IMG/VR virus record: IMGVR_UViG_3300046063_000017
Location: 1 to 31,626 of that record
DNA length: 31,626 bases
Direction: 5' to 3' (one strand)
Source: a virus
Lineage: Duplodnaviria; Caudoviricetes
The notes below the pieces were generated by a model. That model made no database searches. It worked only from the letters and a program-made list of their open reading frames with translations, and was not told the DNA's origin. Both the position numbers and the translations under genes were made by a program. Below, in pieces: positions 17,537 through 24,436 of the stretch. Positions within the stretch are counted from its first letter, which is position 1. The number at the start of each line of letters is the position of its first letter.

Positions 17537-18568
17537 TTACAGGCCAGTCGCGTGGACCACGCCCATCGAGCCGTCCGCCTGGCTCTTGAGACGCGGCGCC
17601 ATGAGTGACAGAACCTTGAACTGATTCTCCATGCCACCGTGAGACGACCACTGGATGTTCTGCGTGCCGTCCGGATCGCGAGCGATGTCGATGACTTCCG
17701 GAACCGGCTTCAGGAGCACGGCCTCGCCGTCCGGCATCCGCGGGACGTAGAGACGGTTCTGGATCTCAGACATCTGGTCGACCCGACCGGCGACCGACTT
17801 GTCACCGTCCGAGTCGTAGTCCTCTCGGAGCTTCGACTTGATCCCGGTCCCGTGGATCAGCCAGTAGCCCCGACCGCCGGCCTCGAAGTTGTTACGCTCC
17901 AGCCGCTCGATCATGGAGTTGAGGTCAGTCGTGACGTTGTCCGGAGTCGACCACGAGGAACCACTGTACTGCTCGCGGTCCTGGTGGTTGCGGAGTCCCG
18001 GGAGGTTCATCATGGTGCCGTTGTCCTGGATCTGGAGGTCCGGCAGGCCGTCGATCACCAGATCCTCCAGCGCCTCGGAGACCTTGCGGGCGGCCGAGCG
18101 AGCCATCATGGTGTCGAGGCCCGTACCCATGTTCCGGGATTCCTTCAGCTCTCGGTGGCCGATCCGGTAGTCCTTGTGGGTGAGCGGAACGGGGACGCCC
18201 TGCTTGGTGAAGGACACCTGATCCTCCTCGGACCGGGTCCGGGCGTCCATGTTGTGCTCTGCCTCGGTCAGATCGGTGGCGACACGCCACGTAGAGATCG
18301 TGTGCGCCATCGAGATGTCGGTCGTGAGACCGGCACCTTCGAGCGCCTGCACGAGATTGAGCTGATCAGCGAGAACCGGGAACACCGTCTCGTCGAGACG
18401 TTCCCACTCGCGGTCAGTCAGGGCCGTCTCGTTGGCCCGGATCTGACGGCGATCCTCTGCGCTGTTCGCGTTCATCTGAGACCAGGCCAGCCCGGTCCCG
18501 TCGACGTTACTGCTGAGAGTCTGCTGTACCGAACCAGTGCTACCGACGTTCTGAGAGATACCGCTCAT
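17537..18568 (-). CDS. Major capsid protein (HK97 fold, encapsulin/linocin-like)
   Basis: LTDREWERLDETV, VPVPLTHKDYRIGHREL..SR..G..LDT...AARKVSEALE, GLRNH and FKVL..MAPRLK. Strong codon bias. Confidence 0.9.
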   Translation of the reverse strand: MSGISQNVGSTGSVQQTLSSNVDGTGLAWSQMNANSAEDRRQIRANETALTDREWERLDETVFPVLADQLNLVQALEGAGLTTDISMAHTISTWRVATDLTEAEHNMDARTRSEEDQVSFTKQGVPVPLTHKDYRIGHRELKESRNMGTGLDTMMARSAARKVSEALEDLVIDGLPDLQIQDNGTMMNLPGLRNHQDREQYSGSSWSTPDNVTTDLNSMIERLERNNFEAGGRGYWLIHGTGIKSKLREDYDSDGDKSVAGRVDQMSEIQNRLYVPRMPDGEAVLLKPVPEVIDIARDPDGTQNIQWSSHGGMENQFKVLSLMAPRLKSQADGSMGVVHATGL

Positions 18569-18616
18569 TAGAGATTTACGTGAGAGAGAAGTTGGTTGTG
18601 AGCCGATCCGACCCGT

Positions 18617-19081
18617 TTAGAGCGTCTGGAAGCGGAACCGAGTCGCAGACGACGAACCGCTGTTGTCGACTGCCTCGGCCGCTTCCGCGATCACGTCTTC
18701 GTGAGACTCGCCCGTGTTCCCCGAGTTGAGGAGACGGAACGTCCCGTCACCAGCGGAGACGAGCTGGTCGCCCACAGCCACGGTCTCGCCACCAGCGAGG
18801 AGGCCGTAGAACTGGTACCCCGAGTCAGGGACGACGTACAGAACGGACTCGCTGTCTGAGTACGTGTCGTGTTCGCCGTCGGGGTCGTCGGCAACCATAC
18901 CGACCGACCGCCGTTCGATGGCGATCAGAGGCGCAGTCTTCGCGCCGGCCGTCGAGTGGACCTGCACGTTCTGGCCCGACTTCTCCAAGAGGTGCCCGGG
19001 GCGGACTTCACCGCTGGCCGGGGCCGAGCGGTATTCGAGTTCGTCGCTACCACGCAGAGTGATCGTACTAGGCTCAGGCAT
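18617..19081 (-). CDS. Capsid decoration/cement protein
   Basis: 154 aa before the MCP gene, with ASGEVRPGHLLE and LAGGETVAVGDQLVSAGDGT..A.A.EAVD patterns. Confidence 0.7.
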   Translation of the reverse strand: MPEPSTITLRGSDELEYRSAPASGEVRPGHLLEKSGQNVQVHSTAGAKTAPLIAIERRSVGMVADDPDGEHDTYSDSESVLYVVPDSGYQFYGLLAGGETVAVGDQLVSAGDGTFRLLNSGNTGESHEDVIAEAAEAVDNSGSSSATRFRFQTL

Positions 19082-19128
19082 GAGAGATCAGAGAGAGTGT
19101 TGAGATGGCTATGTGAATCGGTGAGTCG

Positions 19129-21840
19129 CTACTCGGAGTCCTGCCAGTCCGACATGGTCCCGACCGTCGAGGGACCGTCGGCATCAGACTCCTCCGCTCG
19201 GTTTCCGACCGTCGTTGTCGCCGACTCGGGCGTACGGGCGCCGAAGTCCGTCCCGGACGATGGCTGAAGCTCGCTCGCCGTTGCCTCCAGAGCGTCGTCA
19301 GACATGGCCTCGACAGTTTCCTCGTCGTACGCGTCCGTGTTCGAGAGGATCGTATTCTGGAGGCGCTCGCGCTTGGTCTGCTTTTCCTCGCGATGGTTGG
19401 CCGCGACCTCCTTGAGACCCTCCGACTCGAGCTTTGCGTCGATCTTGGACTCAACAGAATCCTCGAATTTCTCGGTGCCGCCGTTTTCGAGGACGCTGTC
19501 GAACTTCTCCTCCATAGCCTCTATCCGCTGTTCGAGGTCGTTGACGTCGGGCTCATCGTCATCCGAGTCGTCGCTGTCGTCCGAGGCGGCGTCGGGTTCA
19601 TCGTCGTCCGAGCCATCACCGTCGTCCGAGGCGGCGTCGGGCTCATCGTCGTCCGAGCCATCACCGTCGTTGGTGTCTGCCCCCTCCAGATCAGCGAGAT
19701 TGGAGAGCAGTTCGTCGTTCAGTTCCTTCAGATCGTCGACGGAGATGCCCGTCTTGTTCGAGATAGCTTCTAGGTCGAAGTCGCTCATGGATGATGTGTC
19801 GTTGTCGTTGTCGTTCGCGTCCGCCCCAGTGTCCGAGTCGTCCACGCCGGCGTCCGTACCGGTGGAGTCATCATCATCCGCAGAGGCGGACCCAGATTCG
19901 GTCACAGCACTATCTGTCCCCGAGTCGTCATTGTGGGAGTGGCCGTGGTCGGCACAGGTGCAGGCACCGCCATCCGACTCACAGCCACATCCTCGGGTTT
20001 CGATAGGGCCGGAGTCGGTGCTGGCCTCTGAACCCTCACCGGGAGAGTCCGCGACCGCCTCTCGACGGAGGGCATTGGCCAGCCGGTCGATCAGGCTGGC
20101 CTCGTTGGCGTTGGCTTCGACGTCTTCGGGATCGGGGAATTGCTCGATTTCAGTCAGAGTATCACGCCGAACAGTCTCCGTACTCCCGGAGTCAGACCAT
20201 TCCTCGCCATTGTCCGGTGTATAGGGTTGTACGAGAACGATAGCGTCAGATTCGTCCTCCAGTTCGTCCACAACGATACCAAATCGTTGTCCAGAATCCG
20301 ACTCCCAATTGACTGCATCCCCCTCCTTGACGTTGACTGTCGGAGAGTCCTCGGCAGAGTCTTCCCCGCCAGATTCCGTACCGGTAGGGCCACCCTCCGA
20401 AGACGGAGAGTCGAATTCGTTCAGAGTCGGCGTCTGCTCCCGTCGGAGTGCATCGGCGAAGGCGTTAGCCAGCCGATCGATGGGAGTCGACCCGTTAGCT
20501 TTGACATCTGACGCTTCGGGAAGCGCGTCGATCACGGTGATCTTGCCCCGACTAACGGTTATTTCCCCACCGACACGTTCCCACTCAGTGCCTTCTACTA
20601 ACGCGTACGGCTCAACCATTACAATCGCGTCCGACCGATCCTCTAAGGTGTCGACGATAGTACCGTACCGCTTCCCATCGTCTGTTTCCCAGTAGACCGT
20701 GTCCCCTTCCGACAGATTCACCGTCGGGGATGGGGAGTCGTCGGAGCCCTCGTCGGTCTGGTTCCCCTCAAACGACTGGTCGAACTCGTCTCGGAGCAGA
20801 CTCTTTGTCTTGCTCTCAACGGAGTCCGCCTGGTCCTCGGAAATTCCCGCAGATCCGAGAGTGGAGAGAACAGATTCCAGAGCACTCTCCGAAAGATCGT
20901 TCGAGGACGGGTCAACCACGGGGAAATACACCAGTTCGGTGTATTGATCCGCGTCCGGATCACCAAGAAGCGATTTCTTAGCGATCCACTCGGCGGCGTC
21001 CGACGAGAGATCGGATACATCGGACGGACGATCGTCCGGTTCGTTTGCGTCGGTGTGCGAGTAGTAGGCGCTGATGTAATCGTCGAGACTGGGTCGTTCC
21101 CATTCTTCGTCAGAGGTTGTACTGTCGTACTCGGGAGTCCGAGCGTTCTGTAGAACTTTGAGCTTCATGTTGAGATAGACACGCTCGGCGCTCTCGCCCG
21201 CAGGTCCGTCAGCGATGTAGCCTCCGACGAGAGGTTCGACCCCAAACTCAGACGAAGATTGGTCGGCATTGGCGACCGCGGCTTGCGTTCCGGTGCCACA
21301 ACCATCTTCGACGCTGCATTTACCGGGGCCGAGATCCCCCGGGAGTAGAGCGAGGTGGTCGGGTTTCAGATCGACCTTTACCTGTTGTCGGTACTCGCCA
21401 TCGTAGTACCCGGGTTCTCCTTCCTCGGCGCGGTAGGCCGTACTGACTTCCAACGGCTCTCCGTTTTCGAGCATATCCACGGCCATCTGGGCGTACCCAC
21501 CGATCGAACTAGATTGTTCGAGATCGATCCACAGCTCGCCATCAAGCGACCTCGTACTCGAATCGTAGTTGACCGAGTAGAAATCACCGACGACAGCGTT
21601 GTCGACGACCTCGCGGGAACGCGCCGAGATGTAATCGCCGTGGGCGTTGGTCGGATGGCCGATCGGAAGTGGCATCCGAGACCACTGCCATGCGCTCTTT
21701 TGCCATTCCTCGCCGGGGACGTAGCCCCCATTGAGATTCATGGCCCGAACGGCTGTCACATCCGTGACCAGATATTCACGGCCTTGGAGCGTCTCATAAC
21801 GCACGTCGGCCGTGTTGATCTCGTTTGTGACTAACTCCAT
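19129..21840 (-). CDS. Prohead protease (DUF2213-like) fused to extra domains and scaffold
   Basis: N-terminal W...PLPIGHP, LEVSTAY and LKPDHLALLP...GKCSVEDGCG motifs; C-terminal acidic coiled coil; position upstream of the decoration and MCP genes. Confidence 0.75.
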   Translation of the reverse strand: MELVTNEINTADVRYETLQGREYLVTDVTAVRAMNLNGGYVPGEEWQKSAWQWSRMPLPIGHPTNAHGDYISARSREVVDNAVVGDFYSVNYDSSTRSLDGELWIDLEQSSSIGGYAQMAVDMLENGEPLEVSTAYRAEEGEPGYYDGEYRQQVKVDLKPDHLALLPGDLGPGKCSVEDGCGTGTQAAVANADQSSSEFGVEPLVGGYIADGPAGESAERVYLNMKLKVLQNARTPEYDSTTSDEEWERPSLDDYISAYYSHTDANEPDDRPSDVSDLSSDAAEWIAKKSLLGDPDADQYTELVYFPVVDPSSNDLSESALESVLSTLGSAGISEDQADSVESKTKSLLRDEFDQSFEGNQTDEGSDDSPSPTVNLSEGDTVYWETDDGKRYGTIVDTLEDRSDAIVMVEPYALVEGTEWERVGGEITVSRGKITVIDALPEASDVKANGSTPIDRLANAFADALRREQTPTLNEFDSPSSEGGPTGTESGGEDSAEDSPTVNVKEGDAVNWESDSGQRFGIVVDELEDESDAIVLVQPYTPDNGEEWSDSGSTETVRRDTLTEIEQFPDPEDVEANANEASLIDRLANALRREAVADSPGEGSEASTDSGPIETRGCGCESDGGACTCADHGHSHNDDSGTDSAVTESGSASADDDDSTGTDAGVDDSDTGADANDNDNDTSSMSDFDLEAISNKTGISVDDLKELNDELLSNLADLEGADTNDGDGSDDDEPDAASDDGDGSDDDEPDAASDDSDDSDDDEPDVNDLEQRIEAMEEKFDSVLENGGTEKFEDSVESKIDAKLESEGLKEVAANHREEKQTKRERLQNTILSNTDAYDEETVEAMSDDALEATASELQPSSGTDFGARTPESATTTVGNRAEESDADGPSTVGTMSDWQDSE
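19545..19670. repeat. 45-bp tandem repeat (about 2.8 copies) in the scaffold region
   Basis: Units start at 19545, 19590 and 19635 and encode DGDGSDDDEPDAASD-like repeats. Confidence 0.85.
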
Positions 21841-21973
21841 GTGGTGTTGCCGAACCTGCTCGTAGAGCCGTCAGGGGACGATGCGCCGGGAATAGTCTGA
21901 TAGGTCATGTCATCGTTGCCCCGTGGGAGACCTCCGGACGTGGCCCGGGTACGGCCACCCCCGTCATTGGATA

Positions 21974-22016
21974 TGTCCTCGAACGGGATCGAACCGTTCT
22001 TGCCGCCATCAAGGAC
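21974..22016 (-). other. 43-nt mini-tRNA (t-element)
   Basis: GTCCTTG-ATGGCGGCAAG-AACGG-TTCGATC-CCGTT-CGAGGAC-A: 7-bp acceptor, 5-bp T-stem, canonical T-loop and discriminator A, with no D or anticodon arm. Confidence 0.8.
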
Positions 22017-22084
22017 CGATACACTCCAGATAGAGGAGAGAGGAGATAGAGAGGAAATGCCAGAGAGTAGATGCCTATGAGATC

Positions 22085-22253
22085 TGTGTCTTATCCGACA
22101 CACGTACAGAAGCCTCCGGTGGAACTGTTGGCTTACGCGAAGATGTTGGCCGCAGTTTTGCCGGCTTCCCACCGACGCCAGAGCATCTTGGGTCGCCACC
22201 GGAGAAGCCTCGGTCTCGCCGTGAGCGAGATGGCGGCGTCACCGCACCGAGGC
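22085..22253 (-). ncRNA. Candidate structured RNA upstream of the t-element
   Basis: Three-way junction at 22207-22253, 9-bp stem 22196-22204/22114-22122 enclosing nested stems, and hairpin 22085-22102. Confidence 0.55.
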
Positions 22254-22297
22254 GCCCGCAGATAGTTTACGACACTACCGATGTAATCCAGATAGAG

Positions 22298-22627
22298 TTA
22301 TGAAGAGTACGTCACAACGTACACCCGATAATCTGCCGACGAGGAAGCCGACGACGGTCTGGTAACCGTGATCCGTGCCTTCGGTGGGATCGTCTCCGGG
22401 GTCTGCCGCTGAGAAGTCTGTCCCGTCGCAGACGTGACCGGGTGCCAGATCTCTTGATTTTCGGAATAGACCTCAACCGAGAAGTCGTACGAACTAGGTG
22501 CGCTCCCTGTCCCGTCGTCGATAAATACCTGGATTGTGTCAGCTCTCCGAGTCTCCGCCTCAAGCGTCACGCTACCGCCAGGACTCAGAGTTTGTACGCC
22601 ATTCGTCTTGAGAGTATCCTCGATCAT
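22298..22627 (-). CDS. Hypothetical beta-rich protein (possible minor virion protein)
   Basis: 109 aa with ATG start, Ser/Thr-rich beta-sandwich-like pattern. Confidence 0.65.
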   Translation of the reverse strand: MIEDTLKTNGVQTLSPGGSVTLEAETRRADTIQVFIDDGTGSAPSSYDFSVEVYSENQEIWHPVTSATGQTSQRQTPETIPPKARITVTRPSSASSSADYRVYVVTYSS

Positions 22628-22656
22628 ATCGAAAACCGTTATCTATCGTACCGAAT

Positions 22657-22865
22657 TGGCCGGCCACAGAATCTCACTGCACGCTGGTTTGGCTCCTCGG
22701 GTTATCCCCGAGTTACTGCCTCTCACTCTGTAGGCGCACCATACCCACACAAATGGAGCGTCTACCATGTTCTGACCAGCGTTTGTCTCGGCCGGCCATG
22801 ACGGTTGTCAGAAACCGCCTACGCGAGCTACACACCCCTCGGTGGGGAAAACCCCACGTCATTGG
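22657..22865 (-). ncRNA. Candidate ~200-nt structured RNA
   Basis: Nested stems 22790-98/22657-65 and 22775-82/22681-88, inner stems 22753-60/22735-42 and 22707-12/22696-701, hairpin 22842-22857, and a crossing pair 22816-22/22730-36. Confidence 0.6.
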
Positions 22866-22877
22866 GAGAGCACCTGT

Positions 22878-23066
22878 TCAGTCGATCCGGCGTGACGCGT
22901 TTTCGGAGTCGGTTGCCACTGTCAGTTCTCCGCCACCGTCCGCGTTCCGCGTCTCCTCCGTGTCGTTCAGGTCGGAGGCGATTGCACGGAGCGCCTGTTT
23001 GCGCTCCGACACAGAGAGGTAGTCGTATTCCTCGACGAGTCTCTGAACCTCTGTCCGGAAACTCAT
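22878..23066 (-). CDS. Small hypothetical protein (62 aa)
   Basis: ATG 23066 overlaps the protease stop (ATGA). MSFRTEVQRLVEEYDYLSVSERKQALRAIASDL is helical and acidic. Confidence 0.55.
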   Translation of the reverse strand: MSFRTEVQRLVEEYDYLSVSERKQALRAIASDLNDTEETRNADGGGELTVATDSENASRRID

Positions 23067-24346
23067 GCAGACGTGGCCGAGCCAGCGAGGATCGGTTCGA
23101 CCAGAATCCGTTTTTCCACCAGCGACGGGACGCGGCGCCGCCCCTCGTCGTCGCACTTCACGATGCCCCACGACTGGAGTAGATTGATGTCTTGGCTCAC
23201 GTGGGTATCGTACCGGTCGGTCACATCCGCCAGATCCGAGATAGACGTGATGGTAGTGTCGTCGGACGCGAGCACGCGGAGGATCTCCCGACGGTTCTCT
23301 GTGAAGACGTAGGGAGCGATCGAGGCCGGAAGAACCAGCGAATCCTCGGCCGCCCACACCCCCTGACTCTGATGGGTAGTGTACCCGCCAGCGAACATCG
23401 GCTCTCCGGACAGGATTCGCACACCCAGTTGTTCCTCGACATGCGTGATCTTGTTAATGATCGAGTAGCCTCCGCCACCCGCGAACAGCATCCCGACGAG
23501 CTGTCCCGAATCGGACAGTAGCATCGGAGATCCGCTGTCTCCGCCCGCAGACTCGGCGTCCGTCACGAGTTGGTCTCGGAGCAGGATCGTGCCTGCATCG
23601 CCGTAGTTGACCTTGAGCGAAGCAGACGTAGAGACGATCTTCCCCTCGGTGACACCGGTCGTTCGGCCGGTCTTCACAACCGGTTCCGACTTCAGCGTCG
23701 AGTAGTCTTCCCGATAGACGCCGACCGGAGAGAGGTCGAGGTCGTGACACACGGCCGTCTCTCGTTCGGGAGCGACGGTCCTAGCCGCCGCGTCGGCGTA
23801 CTCCCCATCGTCGATCGGCACGTATCCCGCTAGACTCCCGACACGATCGTCGACGGAACCGCCGTCCATGGGCGACGGTTGGATCACGTCTTCGTCGAAG
23901 TCGGCCTTGTTGACCCGAGCGTAGACGTGGTTGTTGCTCAGACGAACGAACTGACCCTGGTCGACGCCCGAGTCCCACTTGGCAGACGACGCATCTGGAT
24001 CCGTAACGACCGCCGGATACGGTCCACCGGTCGCTGCTGTCGAGTTGGCATTGATCTCGGAGACGCCTCCCGGAATCGGACGGTGTCGTGTCTGCTTATC
24101 CGACTGCGCCTCAGGAATCTCTACGTCCACGAGAGGCTCAAACGCCTCGCGTTCCTCTCCCATCCCGAGATCGATCACGTCGGTATCTTCCTCGGTCTGA
24201 TTATCGACCAGCTCGGCATCAGGGAGATCGTCTTCCGGTTCTTTCTGCGAAACGAGAGTGACGACTTCTTCGGACTGCTCGTCGTACTCTACCGCCAGTA
24301 CGTTCTTACGATCAAGTAGATGCTCGTAGTTCTCAGTGTCAGCCAT
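23063..24346 (-). CDS. Trypsin-like (S1/Nal1-like) serine protease with C-terminal winged-HTH domain
   Basis: LSNNHVY (His), ADAA (Asp) and GGDSGSP (Ser) plus KTGRTTGVTEG. C-terminal FTENRREILRVL...SISDLADVTDR...VSQDINLL..WGIV...EGRRRVP. Confidence 0.8.
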   Translation of the reverse strand: MADTENYEHLLDRKNVLAVEYDEQSEEVVTLVSQKEPEDDLPDAELVDNQTEEDTDVIDLGMGEEREAFEPLVDVEIPEAQSDKQTRHRPIPGGVSEINANSTAATGGPYPAVVTDPDASSAKWDSGVDQGQFVRLSNNHVYARVNKADFDEDVIQPSPMDGGSVDDRVGSLAGYVPIDDGEYADAAARTVAPERETAVCHDLDLSPVGVYREDYSTLKSEPVVKTGRTTGVTEGKIVSTSASLKVNYGDAGTILLRDQLVTDAESAGGDSGSPMLLSDSGQLVGMLFAGGGGYSIINKITHVEEQLGVRILSGEPMFAGGYTTHQSQGVWAAEDSLVLPASIAPYVFTENRREILRVLASDDTTITSISDLADVTDRYDTHVSQDINLLQSWGIVKCDDEGRRRVPSLVEKRILVEPILAGSATSA

Positions 24347-24436
24347 AGTAGGTATTGAAAGGTAGTATTCAGCAGACGACGGCAGAGCCCCTCAACGGCC
24401 CGGGTGGGGCACCGGGCCGTCTCATCGGTAGTGTCG

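Noticed and set aside
17537-18568. Encapsulin nanocompartment or bacteriocin
   Set aside because: Context of terminase, portal and tail genes shows it is the viral major capsid protein.
19545-19670. CRISPR-like array
   Set aside because: In-frame tandem coding repeats with no unique spacers; no cas genes in the window.
17639-20224. Long plus-strand ORFs (310 aa, 306 aa and similar ones elsewhere)
   Set aside because: Antisense shadows of GC-rich, codon-biased minus-strand genes.
21831-22199. 122-aa ORF upstream of the prohead protease
   Set aside because: Basic, low-complexity composition atypical for this proteome; overlaps the t-element and stems.
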